From assembly GCF_905480415.1 (NCBI RefSeq), contig NZ_CAJQQI010000055.1:1-55529 (forward strand): a DNA stretch of 55,529 bases, in the 5' to 3' direction. The translations under genes and the position numbers were made by a program. The stretch is from an uncultured Algibacter sp. GTDB lineage: Bacteria; Bacteroidota; Bacteroidia; Flavobacteriales; Flavobacteriaceae. How positions within the stretch are numbered: the stretch's first letter is position 1; each line of letters opens with the position of its first letter. The notes beneath the pieces are model-generated. The model was given only the letters and a program-made list of their open reading frames with translations. It ran no database searches and was not told where the DNA came from. Positions 9,143 to 19,605 of this stretch are shown one piece after another.

Positions 9143-11650
9143 CTATTTCTTTTTTGCTGGCGCTTTCTTTTTTGCAGTGGGTTTCTTTTTTGCAGCTTTC
9201 TTCTTAGGCGTATTGGCTTCAATAATCGCTTTTGCTTCGTCTAAACTCATTTCAGAAACATCTACTGTTTTAGCAAGCTCAACTTTCACCTTACCTTTTA
9301 AAACATTATGCCTTCCCCATCGTGCTTTTTCAACACGAATACCTTCATCTTCCCAATTATGGATAACCTTATCTATTTCCTTTTGAATTTTAGTTTCAAT
9401 CAACTCAACAATATCTGCATCGGATAAGTTATCCCAGTCGTACTTTTTGTTGACATTAATAAACATGTTATTCCATTTTATAAATGGTCCAAAACGCCCT
9501 TTACCTTTTTGCACCGGTAAATCCTGAAACATATATATAGGTGCATCTGCTTTTTGCTTTTCTTTAATTAAAATAATAGCATCATCAAGTTCCACACTTA
9601 ATGGGTCTGTTCCTCTCGGTAACGAGACAAAAGCATCTCCAAATTTTACATAAGGCCCGAAACGTCCATTATTTACTAATATGTCTTCTCCTTCATAATC
9701 ACCTAGAGATTTAGGAAGCTGAAATAAATCCATAGCTTCTTCATAAGTAATGCTACCTAATTGTTGGTCTGGACTTAAACTGGCAAACTGTGGCTTTTCT
9801 TCATCATCAACCGTTCCTATTTGTACCATAGGGCCAAATTTTCCTAAACGCACACTTACTCGTTTACCAGTTTTAGGGTCTTCACCTAAAATACGCTCAC
9901 CAGATTCTCTCTCTGCATTTTCTTTTACATCTTCAACTACAGGATGAAAACCTTTGTAAAATGATTTCATCATTTCAGTCCAATCTACATTACCTTCAGC
10001 AATCTCATCAAAATCAGCCTCTACTTTAGCAGTAAAATTATAATCTAAAATCTGTTCAAAATGATTCACTAAAAAGTCGGTTACAATGATTCCTATATCT
10101 GTTGGAACTAATTTTCCTTTATCTGAACCAACTTTTTCGCTTAACATTTTATCCTTAACAGCACCCAGTTGTAAAGTGAGTTGAGCATAGTTTCGCTCTT
10201 CACCTTCAACTGTCCCTTTTTCAACATAATTTCTATTTTGAATTGTTGAAATTGTTGGCGCATAGGTAGACGGACGACCAATACCTAATTCTTCTAACTT
10301 CTTAACTAAAGAAGCCTCGGTATATCTTGCCGGTGGACGTGTATAACGCTCTGTTGCTGTAATGTAATTATTAAGCAATGTTTCGTTAGTTTTCATTGCC
10401 GGCAACATTCCATCTTGTTCTACATCTTCATCATCAGTACCTTCTAAATACACTTTTAAGAATCCATCAAACGTGATAACTTCTCCGTTTGCACTAAATG
10501 TTTCGTTATGTGTTGAAGCACTAATCTTAACATTGGTACGCTCCAATTCTGCTTCACTCATTTGTGATGCAATGGCGCGCTTCCAAATTAAATCGTATAA
10601 TCGCGCTTGATCTCTATCAATATCTACTGAATGCGTAGAAAAATTTGTAGGCCTAATAGCCTCATGCGCTTCTTGGGCACCTTTAGCTTTTCCTTTAAAA
10701 TTTCTTGGTTTACTATATTTTGAACCGAAGGCATCTTTGATTTCAGCCTCTGCTCCTTTTCTAGCTTGATCAGATAAATTAACACTATCTGTTCTCATAT
10801 ATGTAATTAAACCAGCTTCATAAAGGCGTTGTGCCATCGTCATGGTTTTACTTACTGAAAAATAAAGTTTACGAGATGCTTCTTGCTGTAATGTTGAAGT
10901 TGTAAATGGTGCAGCAGGAGATTTTTTTGCAGGTTTTTTTTGTAAATCTGCTACTTTAAAATCTGCTGAAGCATTTTTCTCTAAAAATTTTTGTGCTTCT
11001 GCTTTTGTTGAAAAATTCTTTGGAAGTTTTGCTTTAAAGGTTTGTCCATCTTCATTTGAAAACTCAGCATCTATTCTATAAGATCCTACAGGTGTAAACC
11101 CTCGAATATCTCTTTCCTTTTCAACAATTAGTCTTACGGAAACCGATTGTACTCGACCTGCAGATAAGCCTCCTTTTACTTTTCTCCAAAGTACTGGTGA
11201 CAATTCATAACCTACAATTCTATCTAAAACACGACGTGCCTGTTGCGCATCTACTAAGTCGTAATCAATACCTCTAGGGTTTTCAATAGCCTTTAAAATA
11301 GCCCCTTTAGTAATTTCATGAAAAACAATACGTTTTGTTTTGTCTTTATCCAATTTTAAAGTTTCGGCTAAATGCCAAGCGATAGCTTCACCCTCTCTAT
11401 CTTCATCACTTGCTAACCAAACCATTTCTGCTTTTTTAGCTAAGTCTTTCAGTTTTTTTACAACTGCCTTTTTATCTTTTGAAACCTCATATTTTGGTTT
11501 AAAATCACCGTCAACGTCAACCCCTAATTCTTTGGAAGGTAAATCGGCAATATGCCCAAAACTAGATTCTACTTTAAAATCTTTTCCTAGAAATTTTTCA
11601 ATGGTTTTTGCCTTTGCAGGTGACTCTACTATCACTAAATTCTTCGCCAT
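9143..11650 (-). CDS. topA: DNA topoisomerase I
   Basis: LVIVESPAKAKTI, DEDREGEAIAWH, SAGRVQS, LITYMRTDS; GRFGPY repeats and Lys/Ala-rich tail. Confidence 0.98.
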   Translation of the reverse strand: MAKNLVIVESPAKAKTIEKFLGKDFKVESSFGHIADLPSKELGVDVDGDFKPKYEVSKDKKAVVKKLKDLAKKAEMVWLASDEDREGEAIAWHLAETLKLDKDKTKRIVFHEITKGAILKAIENPRGIDYDLVDAQQARRVLDRIVGYELSPVLWRKVKGGLSAGRVQSVSVRLIVEKERDIRGFTPVGSYRIDAEFSNEDGQTFKAKLPKNFSTKAEAQKFLEKNASADFKVADLQKKPAKKSPAAPFTTSTLQQEASRKLYFSVSKTMTMAQRLYEAGLITYMRTDSVNLSDQARKGAEAEIKDAFGSKYSKPRNFKGKAKGAQEAHEAIRPTNFSTHSVDIDRDQARLYDLIWKRAIASQMSEAELERTNVKISASTHNETFSANGEVITFDGFLKVYLEGTDDEDVEQDGMLPAMKTNETLLNNYITATERYTRPPARYTEASLVKKLEELGIGRPSTYAPTISTIQNRNYVEKGTVEGEERNYAQLTLQLGAVKDKMLSEKVGSDKGKLVPTDIGIIVTDFLVNHFEQILDYNFTAKVEADFDEIAEGNVDWTEMMKSFYKGFHPVVEDVKENAERESGERILGEDPKTGKRVSVRLGKFGPMVQIGTVDDEEKPQFASLSPDQQLGSITYEEAMDLFQLPKSLGDYEGEDILVNNGRFGPYVKFGDAFVSLPRGTDPLSVELDDAIILIKEKQKADAPIYMFQDLPVQKGKGRFGPFIKWNNMFINVNKKYDWDNLSDADIVELIETKIQKEIDKVIHNWEDEGIRVEKARWGRHNVLKGKVKVELAKTVDVSEMSLDEAKAIIEANTPKKKAAKKKPTAKKKAPAKKK

Positions 11651-11732
11651 ACTTCATTTTTTGAAGCTACAAATGTATATGAAAAAAAGTTTATCTGTAG
11701 CATTTTATGGATTATCTGATTGTTATTTAAAT

Positions 11733-11770
11733 AAAAAAACCTGCTTTTAACATTTTAAAAACAGGTTTTT
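11733..11770 (-). terminator. Probable terminator after the tandem membrane-protein genes
   Basis: AAAAAAACCTG...CAGGTTTTT inverted repeat with A/T tracts on both sides. Confidence 0.6.
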
Positions 11771-11789
11771 AATATAGAAAATTGAATTT

Positions 11790-12557
11790 TTATTCTGTTG
11801 TTGTTCCTATGTCATCAATAGCATTTTGCTCATTTACATCTAAAGTTTTTTTATAAATAAAGTAAAGCGGTATGTATGCAAATGATGCAGTAACAAATAC
11901 GCCTATAAAACACATAATCATTCCAACCACTTGAGCTAAAAGGCCTGCTACAAACATTAATCCAAACGTAATTAACCATTTTTTGTTACCCAATTTAAAC
12001 CCCACTTTAACAATATCTGAAGCAGACATATCTGGGTTAAGAGCATAAATAACATTTATTAAGGCAATGGGGACCATTACATAAATAATAGGAATAACAC
12101 AAAGTAATACAGCCACCAAACTAATGCCAAATGTTATGGCTGCAAGTTTTATTGTTTTTCTTAAATAAGGTTTTTTGAAAAAATAAAAATAATCATCTGA
12201 CGAGATTTCATTTAAATCTTTGGCCTTACATATTCTATAAAATGCCGATTTTAATCCAAAACCAATAATCATTGCAAAAAACATAAACACAATCATAACT
12301 AAGTAAAACGGAATTAAAAGCGCCATATTTACCTCTCCGCCTTCTTGCATAGATTCAGGATCTAAAACTCCCAAGGCTATTAATGGCGCGTACATGACAA
12401 TATAAAAAGGAATCATCATGGCAAAAGTCAATAATAGAGTCACTAAACCTTGTAACCAAACTTTCTTAAAAAGATCAATGGACTTGCTGAAAATATCGCC
12501 AAAATCTAAGTCTTTAGCAATTTCAATCTTGCTAAGTAAAGTTTCTAAAGTATTCAT
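11790..12557 (-). CDS. Hypothetical integral membrane protein (paralog of 12595..13347)
   Basis: Several hydrophobic helices; shares AKDLDF, LFKKVWL.G and KLGNKKWLITFG.MFVAG with its neighbour. Confidence 0.8.
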   Translation of the reverse strand: MNTLETLLSKIEIAKDLDFGDIFSKSIDLFKKVWLQGLVTLLLTFAMMIPFYIVMYAPLIALGVLDPESMQEGGEVNMALLIPFYLVMIVFMFFAMIIGFGLKSAFYRICKAKDLNEISSDDYFYFFKKPYLRKTIKLAAITFGISLVAVLLCVIPIIYVMVPIALINVIYALNPDMSASDIVKVGFKLGNKKWLITFGLMFVAGLLAQVVGMIMCFIGVFVTASFAYIPLYFIYKKTLDVNEQNAIDDIGTTTE

Positions 12558-12594
12558 TATAAAATTTATTTAAGTATTAATAATCTTTATCGTC

Positions 12595-13347
12595 TCAAGT
12601 GCCTATTTGTTCTATTTCGCTTGTCTCCCCAAAACCTATAACTTCTTTATAAATAAAAAACACAGGTAAATACATTACAGATATGGTAAACAAAACCCCT
12701 ATACCGCATCCTATAATCCCCAACATTCCTAAAATACCCGCAACAAACATGGTTCCAAAAGTAATAAGCCATTTCTTATTCCCTAGCTTAAAACTTGCTT
12801 TCACAATTTCCGCTTCACTTAGATCTGGATTATTAGCAAAAATAATAGTAAAATAAGCCAATGGCACAAACGCATAAATATATGGTATCATAAATAAGAA
12901 TTGAGTTACCGCAGCAATACCTGTATGAATAATACCAAGCATTAATAATTTAGAAAAATATTCCTTTTTTAAAAAATAAAAATAATCCTCCACTACATTT
13001 TCTCCTAAGACATATTGCTTACAAATTCTGTAAAACGCAGCCACAAAAGCCATTGTTATCGTGCTGACTAAGATGGTTTGCGGAACACTATGAATTATAG
13101 CTTCAGAATAAAAACTAAGAAACCCATCAAAATCAAAACCATCTAAAGGAAGATTGTTTTTGGGCGCTAAACCTATTAGAGAAAACAAAATATTTACTAC
13201 AAAAGCAAAAGCAACTATAAGTAAAACAACAACAAAACCGTTAAGCCACACCTTTTTAAACAGTTCTATTATACTATCAAACAAATTACTAAAGTCTAAG
13301 TCCTTAGCATTATTTATTTTTTCTTCTAGGCTATTATATGTATTCAT
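12595..13347 (-). CDS. Hypothetical integral membrane protein (paralog of 11790..12557)
   Basis: Same motifs and similar length. Confidence 0.8.
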   Translation of the reverse strand: MNTYNSLEEKINNAKDLDFSNLFDSIIELFKKVWLNGFVVVLLIVAFAFVVNILFSLIGLAPKNNLPLDGFDFDGFLSFYSEAIIHSVPQTILVSTITMAFVAAFYRICKQYVLGENVVEDYFYFLKKEYFSKLLMLGIIHTGIAAVTQFLFMIPYIYAFVPLAYFTIIFANNPDLSEAEIVKASFKLGNKKWLITFGTMFVAGILGMLGIIGCGIGVLFTISVMYLPVFFIYKEVIGFGETSEIEQIGT

Positions 13348-13408
13348 TTTTGGTTTTCTATGTTATAAAGTAAGTGATTATTTTTCTAAATTAGTTACAA
13401 TTATACAT

Positions 13409-13435
13409 AAAAAAAATCTGCCCCAAGGCAGATTT
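13409..13435 (-). terminator. Intrinsic terminator after the LVIVD gene
   Basis: AAATCTGCC-ccaa-GGCAGATTT with a U-tract on the minus strand. Confidence 0.75.
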
Positions 13436-13455
13436 AGATACAACATTTGTTTAGT

Positions 13456-14697
13456 TTAATTTAATATATATGAGCTTATGAGCCCAATGTTGTTTTCAAT
13501 ATATTCGTATTGATACAAAGTCTTTTCTCCTATCATAATCAAACTTTTTTCTAAAGGAATAACATCTTTAGCTTGAATATCTTTTAATGAATTCACTAAT
13601 ATTAAATCCTCAGAAGTCTCACGTTCAAATAGTTTTAAACCTGCCGTACCATCACAAACGTAAAGCATGTTGTTTTTAATTCCTAAACCATAAGGGTTTT
13701 CTAAATTATACCTAGCAGCTAAAGTTGGATTTGTTTTATCGCTAATATCAATAACCTCTAATACGCTTTCAAGTTGGCCGCAAAGATTACCTCCTCTTAA
13801 AGTCAAATAAGCATAATCTCCATCAACAACTACAGGGTCACAACCTTCCCAATGCGTGAAATCTGAAACAAACTCAGGAGATGATGGGTTAACCAAATTA
13901 TAAATATACATTCCATTTGTACTACCAAGATATAAATACCCTTCCGCTTGAAACATAGTTTCTATATTCCATCCTGCATATTGCGTATTAGACAATACAG
14001 GCTCTGCTAAATTTTGAATATTAAAAATAGCCATCTCATAATTTCCAACAGTATATAAATAATTGTCTACAATCTGAAATCGTGCTAAAGAACCTCCCGT
14101 TCCGGTCGTAGATTCTGCACCGGCACTTAAAACAACTCCATCATCTAAAGCTATATCAATTGTATTATCAACTTTTTTTCTTCGTTCTGTGGTTAATGTC
14201 CATCCAACAATAATATCATCATCAAAATCAAACTTCCCATAATCTACAGCTTCAGCTTCAACTGGAATATCATAATTATAGACATTAAAAACATCTTCTA
14301 ATTGCTCTATAATAGATACATTATTAATGTCCGAAATATCAAAAACCACTAAATCAGTAGCACTATCAGCATACAAGAAATTGTCTTTAACCGAAATATC
14401 CTCATTACCAGGAATCTGGATAAACTTAATTGCTTTTGGTGATTTTGGGTCAGAATTATCAATAATATGAATCCCAGAATGCACATCGCTAACAAAAATA
14501 TAATCTTGGTAAACATAAATTTTACCCGGTTCTTCAATAGTCTTAGGCGCAATAACTTCAACCGAACTTCTAAAAGCAGTTTTACTCATTAACTGCGGGG
14601 TTGCGACTTGCACAAATTCATAATCGGCATCATCATTCTTATCACAAGATAAAGCGCCGATAAAAACTAAGGACACGAAAAAGTATTTCAATTTCAT
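13456..14697 (-). CDS. LVIVD-repeat beta-propeller lipoprotein
   Basis: Lipobox ALSC; repeats IHIIDNSDP, LVVFDISD, LEVIDISDKTNP; GTGGSLARF motif. Confidence 0.85.
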   Translation of the reverse strand: MKLKYFFVSLVFIGALSCDKNDDADYEFVQVATPQLMSKTAFRSSVEVIAPKTIEEPGKIYVYQDYIFVSDVHSGIHIIDNSDPKSPKAIKFIQIPGNEDISVKDNFLYADSATDLVVFDISDINNVSIIEQLEDVFNVYNYDIPVEAEAVDYGKFDFDDDIIVGWTLTTERRKKVDNTIDIALDDGVVLSAGAESTTGTGGSLARFQIVDNYLYTVGNYEMAIFNIQNLAEPVLSNTQYAGWNIETMFQAEGYLYLGSTNGMYIYNLVNPSSPEFVSDFTHWEGCDPVVVDGDYAYLTLRGGNLCGQLESVLEVIDISDKTNPTLAARYNLENPYGLGIKNNMLYVCDGTAGLKLFERETSEDLILVNSLKDIQAKDVIPLEKSLIMIGEKTLYQYEYIENNIGLISSYILN

Positions 14698-14716
14698 ATT
14701 TATGTGGTTTCTAATT

Positions 14717-15163
14717 TTAATACTTATAATTTAATGAAGACTCCAAGCCTTCTATATGCAGAATTATTTCATTACTTCCATTAATTTGCAAGAGTGTTAA
14801 GTCAAAAGAAACTGACCTTCTAAAATATGCTTCACACGATTCATCATTTATTAATTGAAATTTCAAAAAGCGTTGTTCTGGTGATGATTCAGCAATTGCT
14901 CCAGAATCCACTAATTTAAACCCCCAAGATTTACTATCGCAACCAGAAGCACCAACCTCTAAATTTAAACAATCATTTGTTATTTCAGCACTCACAAAAG
15001 TAAAATTGACTGAACTTAAATTTTCATATAAACTTGGACTAACAACTGTTGTTTCCTCACATATCTCGTTAGGAAGACTAATAACATCGTCTTCATCACA
15101 TTGCATATTCATAAAGCACAATGCTAAAAGTATAAATAAAGAAATCTTTTTAATTGACTGCAT
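14717..15163 (-). CDS. Hypothetical Cys-containing lipoprotein
   Basis: Likely start MQSIKK at 15163 with a hydrophobic stretch and MQC lipobox; GASGCD and AESSPEQR motifs. Confidence 0.7.
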   Translation of the reverse strand: MQSIKKISLFILLALCFMNMQCDEDDVISLPNEICEETTVVSPSLYENLSSVNFTFVSAEITNDCLNLEVGASGCDSKSWGFKLVDSGAIAESSPEQRFLKFQLINDESCEAYFRRSVSFDLTLLQINGSNEIILHIEGLESSLNYKY

Positions 15164-15188
15164 TTTTTTTAGGAGTTTTGTTATTAAT

Positions 15189-15217
15189 ATAGATACATAA
15201 AACGCATTAAGGTTGCG
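15189..15217 (-). promoter_or_regulatory. Possible ECF-sigma promoter for the two-lipoprotein operon
   Basis: Minus strand GCAACC-ttaatgcgttttat-GTATCTA resembles an ECF -35 (AAC)/-10 pair. Confidence 0.35.
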
Positions 15218-15239
15218 TAAATAATAAAATAAATTTAAC

Positions 15240-15278
15240 TGCCACTTTGTCATAAAATATAAATAAATCGTATCTTTG
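15240..15278 (+). promoter_or_regulatory. miaB operon promoter (-33 TTTG 15246-15249; -7 TATCTTTG 15271-15278) overlapped by TGCCACTTTGTCA
   Basis: Bacteroidota consensus boxes with 21-nt spacing; quasi-palindrome at 15240-15252. Confidence 0.65.
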
Positions 15279-15312
15279 CATACTTATTGACCGATAGAGG
15301 TTTCAGTAAATT

Positions 15313-16761
15313 ATGGAAAAGATAATAGACGAAAATAAACAAGGAGAGTCTTTAGCTTTAGAGCAAAAAGAAGATAACAAACGTAAACTTTTTATTGAAA
15401 GTTATGGTTGTGCCATGAATTTTAGCGATAGTGAAATTGTAGCTTCCATTATGGTAAACCAAGGATATAATACCACCCAAAACCTTGAAGAAGCAGATTT
15501 GGTTTTAGTAAACACTTGTTCTATTCGTGATAAAGCGGAACAAACGGTTCGCAAACGCCTTGAAAAGTATAATGCTGTAAAACGGGACCATAATCCAAAA
15601 ATGAAAGTTGGTGTTTTAGGTTGTATGGCAGAACGCTTAAAAACCAAATTTCTTGAAGAAGAAAAAATTGTCGATTTAGTTGTTGGACCAGATGCATACA
15701 AAGATTTACCAAATCTTTTAGCCGAGGTTGATGAAGGTAGAGACGCTATAAACGTTATTCTTTCAAAAGATGAAACTTATGGTGATATTTCACCAGTGCG
15801 TTTAAACACAAACGGCGTTACTGCTTTTGTTTCAATAACGCGTGGTTGCGATAATATGTGTACATTCTGTGTGGTGCCTTTTACTCGTGGACGTGAACGC
15901 AGTAGAGACCCACAAAGCATTATAGAAGAAGTGAATAACTTATGGAGTAAAGGCTATAAGGATATTACGTTGCTTGGTCAAAATGTAGATAGTTACTTAT
16001 GGTATGGTGGAGGCCTTAAAAAAGGTTTTGAACAAGCCAGCGATATGCAAAAAGCGACTTCAGTTAATTTCTCTAAATTACTAGAAATTTGCGCCAAAAC
16101 ACAACCAAAAATGCGTGTTCGTTTTTCAACATCAAACCCTCAAGATTTAACTATGGATGTTGTGGAAACCATGGCTAAATATCAAAATATTTGTAGTCAC
16201 ATTCATTTACCTGTGCAAAGTGGCAGCAATCGTATTCTAAAAGCCATGAATCGTTTACACACTCGTGAAGAATACAAAGCACTAATTGATAAAATTAGAA
16301 AATCAATTCCAAATTGTGCTATTAGTCAAGATATGATAGTCGGCTTTCCAACGGAAACAGAAGTTGATTTCCAAGATACCGTATCCCTAATGGAATATGT
16401 AAAATATAACTTTGGCTATATGTATAAATATTCTGAGCGCCCAGGAACTATGGCTGGCCGAAATATGATAGATGATGTCTCTGAAGCAACTAAAAAACGA
16501 AGATTACAAGACATAGTAGACTTACAAAGGGTTCACAGTGAAATTAAAACCAAAGAATGGCTTAACAAAACTGTAGAAGTATTAATTGAAAAACAATCAA
16601 AAAAATCAGAAAAACAATGGTCTGGTCGGACATCCCAAAGCATTGTTTGTGTATTTCCTAAAGCACATTACAAAGTAGGTGATTTTGTGAACGTAAAAAT
16701 TAGAGATTGCACGAGTGCTACGTTAATTGGAGAAGCAATAGAATTATCAATGAACAATTAA
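15313..16761 (+). CDS. miaB: tRNA-2-methylthio-N6-dimethylallyladenosine synthase
   Basis: SYGCAMN, NTCSIR, radical SAM CDNMCTFC, C-terminal TRAM domain. Confidence 0.97.
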   Translation: MEKIIDENKQGESLALEQKEDNKRKLFIESYGCAMNFSDSEIVASIMVNQGYNTTQNLEEADLVLVNTCSIRDKAEQTVRKRLEKYNAVKRDHNPKMKVGVLGCMAERLKTKFLEEEKIVDLVVGPDAYKDLPNLLAEVDEGRDAINVILSKDETYGDISPVRLNTNGVTAFVSITRGCDNMCTFCVVPFTRGRERSRDPQSIIEEVNNLWSKGYKDITLLGQNVDSYLWYGGGLKKGFEQASDMQKATSVNFSKLLEICAKTQPKMRVRFSTSNPQDLTMDVVETMAKYQNICSHIHLPVQSGSNRILKAMNRLHTREEYKALIDKIRKSIPNCAISQDMIVGFPTETEVDFQDTVSLMEYVKYNFGYMYKYSERPGTMAGRNMIDDVSEATKKRRLQDIVDLQRVHSEIKTKEWLNKTVEVLIEKQSKKSEKQWSGRTSQSIVCVFPKAHYKVGDFVNVKIRDCTSATLIGEAIELSMNN

Positions 16762-16765
16762 GAAC

Positions 16766-18019
16766 ATGGAATCAGTTCAAGCTATAAAACAACGTTTTGG
16801 AATTATTGGCAATAGCCAATCGCTAAATCGTGCTATCGAAAAGGCTATTCAAGTCTCACCAACCGATATTTCAGTTTTAGTAACTGGAGAAAGCGGTGTT
16901 GGTAAAGAAAGTATTCCTAAAATAATACATCAATTATCTCACAGAAAACACAACAAATATATTGCGGTTAATTGTGGCGCCATACCTGAAGGCACGATTG
17001 ATAGTGAGCTTTTTGGGCACGAAAAAGGTGCGTTTACTGGTGCAACACAAACCCGTGCCGGTTACTTTGAAGTAGCGGATGGCGGAACCATTTTTCTAGA
17101 TGAAGTTGGCGAGTTACCATTAACCACTCAAGTGCGTTTATTGCGTGTTTTAGAAAATGGTGAGTTTTTAAAAGTGGGTTCCAGTAAAGTACAAAAAACC
17201 GATGTGCGTATTGTAGCAGCAACAAACGTAAATATGTTTGAAGCTATCGAAAAAGAAAAATTTCGTGAAGATTTATATTATAGATTAAGTACAGTAGACA
17301 TCAATTTACCTCCACTTAGAGAGCGTCAAGAAGACATTCATTTACTGTTTAGGAAATTTGCTAGCGATTTTGCTTTAAAGTATAAAATGCCAACAATAAA
17401 ACTAACAGATAATGCTATTCAAATTTTACTAAAACATCGCTGGGGCGGAAATATTCGTCAGTTACGCAATATAGCTGAACAGCTTTCTGTTTTAGAACAA
17501 AACAGAATCATTTCAGCAGAAGTTTTAAGAAGTTATTTACCAGCAACTGCAAGAACCAATTTACCTGCGGTGATTAGGACTTCAAAATCTGAAAGTGATT
17601 TTAGTAGCGAACGTGAAATTCTGTATAAAGTTCTTTTTGACATGAAGGCCGACTTAAACGATTTGAAAAAATTGACCATGGAGTTAATGAAAAATGGCAA
17701 TGTTAAAGATGTTGAAAAAAACAATGAAAGCCTAATTGAAAAAATCTACGGAAGCGATGATGAAGAAGCGATAGAAGACAATGACATTTTAGCAATTCCT
17801 GAGCACACGCCTACTGAAGAGGGAGCATCACCCACTCAAGACAAATATTACTTCGCAGAAGAAATTGAAGAAGAAGAAACTTTATCTCTACATGACAAAG
17901 AATTAGAATTAATTAAAAAATCCCTTGAACGTCACAGCGGAAAACGTAAATTAGCAGCTGCAGAATTAGGAATTAGCGAACGCACATTATACAGAAAGAT
18001 TAAACAATACGATCTTTAA
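16766..18019 (+). CDS. Sigma54-interacting AAA+ enhancer-binding protein with Fis-type HTH and no N-terminal sensor domain
   Basis: GESGVGKE, ELFGHEKGAFTGA, FLDEVGE, FREDLYYRL, C-terminal AAAELGISERTLYRK. Confidence 0.93.
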   Translation: MESVQAIKQRFGIIGNSQSLNRAIEKAIQVSPTDISVLVTGESGVGKESIPKIIHQLSHRKHNKYIAVNCGAIPEGTIDSELFGHEKGAFTGATQTRAGYFEVADGGTIFLDEVGELPLTTQVRLLRVLENGEFLKVGSSKVQKTDVRIVAATNVNMFEAIEKEKFREDLYYRLSTVDINLPPLRERQEDIHLLFRKFASDFALKYKMPTIKLTDNAIQILLKHRWGGNIRQLRNIAEQLSVLEQNRIISAEVLRSYLPATARTNLPAVIRTSKSESDFSSEREILYKVLFDMKADLNDLKKLTMELMKNGNVKDVEKNNESLIEKIYGSDDEEAIEDNDILAIPEHTPTEEGASPTQDKYYFAEEIEEEETLSLHDKELELIKKSLERHSGKRKLAAAELGISERTLYRKIKQYDL

Positions 18020-18077
18020 AAAGCAGGTATTAAACAACAAGACATAGGAACTATTCGTTATACAATCATAAACTAAA

Positions 18078-18102
18078 TGCCACACTGCGCGTCGTCGAAG
18101 TG
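18078..18102. repeat. Degenerate REP-like palindromic remnant
   Basis: GC-rich TGCCACACTGCGCGTCGTCGAAGTG in AT-rich spacer; resembles a flavobacterial GTCACACTGAGCG.AGTCGAAGTG repeat as recalled. Confidence 0.35.
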
Positions 18103-18116
18103 TTTTTAAATATTAT

Positions 18117-18626
18117 ATGAAAAACTATTTTTTTTACTTTTCACTTTTAGGGGTAAGCTTGACACTTTTAGGTTGTGGCGCATACTCTTTCACTGGGGCC
18201 TCAATACCCGCAGGAACAGAAACCTATCAAGTTAATCGTTTTGAAAACACGTCTTTATTAATAGAGCCAGGTTTAGAAAGAGATTTCAAACTAGCGCTTG
18301 AAGACCTCATTCAAAATCAAACCAATTTAAATTTAGTTCCGTCTAAAGGTGATTTAGTTTACGAAGGCGAAATAACCAATTATAGAATTTCTCCAACTAC
18401 AGCAACTTCAGATAATAGAGCTGCACAAAACAGATTAACTATAAGCATTAAACTTCGCTTTTTTAACAGAAAAAAAGAAGAGGACGATTTAGAACAGAGT
18501 TTTTCTTTTTTTTATGATTACCCAGGAAGCGCTCAACTTGTAGGATCACAAAAAACTACAGCACACGAAGAAATTTTTGAACGTATTACTCAAGATATTT
18601 TTAACGCAACGTTAGCAAAATGGTAG
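18117..18626 (+). CDS. lptE: LptE-family LPS assembly lipoprotein
   Basis: Lipobox LLGC followed by YSFTGASI; C-terminal DIFNATLAKW typical of Bacteroidota LptE-like proteins. Confidence 0.8.
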   Translation: MKNYFFYFSLLGVSLTLLGCGAYSFTGASIPAGTETYQVNRFENTSLLIEPGLERDFKLALEDLIQNQTNLNLVPSKGDLVYEGEITNYRISPTTATSDNRAAQNRLTISIKLRFFNRKKEEDDLEQSFSFFYDYPGSAQLVGSQKTTAHEEIFERITQDIFNATLAKW

Positions 18627-18660
18627 ATAACAATTAAAAGAATTAAATTTGACTTATCCA

Positions 18661-19605
18661 ATGAATCAAACAGATTTTACATCCATATTACAAAATCCGC
18701 TAGCTATATCACACGAGCAAACCGAGGGCGTAAAATCTATTATTGATGAATTTCCATATTTTCAAACAGCACGTGCCATATATTTAAAAGGACTAAAAGA
18801 CCAGAGTAGTATTACCTACAACCAGGAACTTAAAACTACTGCCGCTTATACAACTGATAGAAGTATCTTATTTGATTTTATAACTTCAGAAGCTTTTATT
18901 CAAAATGAAATTTCAAAATTCATAAAAAAAAATACTGAAAACTTAAAAGGTATCAATTTAGATATTGAAGATGTATCAGTTAAAAAAAGTGTTACCATTG
19001 ATGATGCTCTAAAGCAACAAATAAAAGATACAGATGGTGTATTAGACCCTACTTTGTTTCAACCTAAAGAAGCGCGTCCTAAAAAGATTTCGAGTTTTGT
19101 ATTAGATGAATCTGAAGCTATTGAGAAAGTAACTCAAAAAACCAAAACTCAAGAAGCTACAGCTGAGGATATATTGAGATTAGGCAAACCTCTTCAATTT
19201 GACAAAAAAGAAACACATTCTTTTAACGAGTGGTTGAAATTAACTCGTTTTAAACCTATTGAAAGAACTACCAAGAACGAAGAAACTCAAGATAAAGATA
19301 AATCACCAGACACTTTAAATAAAGAGAAAAAGTTTGAACTTATTGATAAATTTATTTCAGAGAATCCCAAAATAAAACCTAGTAAAACCAATACGCAAAA
19401 AGTAAATTTAGCAAAAGCACAAATGATACAACCTGAAGCTCTAATGACAGAGACTTTAGCACGTATTTATGTCGAACAAAAAAACTACAAAAGCGCCATT
19501 CAATCTTATAAAATTTTAAGTTTGAAATATCCAGAAAAAAGTAGTTTCTTTGCAAACCAAATTAAAGCAGTAAAGCAATTACAAGAACAAAATAATAAAG
19601 AATAA
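18661..19605 (+). CDS. Conserved TPR-like protein
   Basis: FPYFQ N-terminal motif; C-terminal MTETLARIYVEQKNY..AIQSYKILSLKYPEKSSFFA. Confidence 0.75.
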   Translation: MNQTDFTSILQNPLAISHEQTEGVKSIIDEFPYFQTARAIYLKGLKDQSSITYNQELKTTAAYTTDRSILFDFITSEAFIQNEISKFIKKNTENLKGINLDIEDVSVKKSVTIDDALKQQIKDTDGVLDPTLFQPKEARPKKISSFVLDESEAIEKVTQKTKTQEATAEDILRLGKPLQFDKKETHSFNEWLKLTRFKPIERTTKNEETQDKDKSPDTLNKEKKFELIDKFISENPKIKPSKTNTQKVNLAKAQMIQPEALMTETLARIYVEQKNYKSAIQSYKILSLKYPEKSSFFANQIKAVKQLQEQNNKE

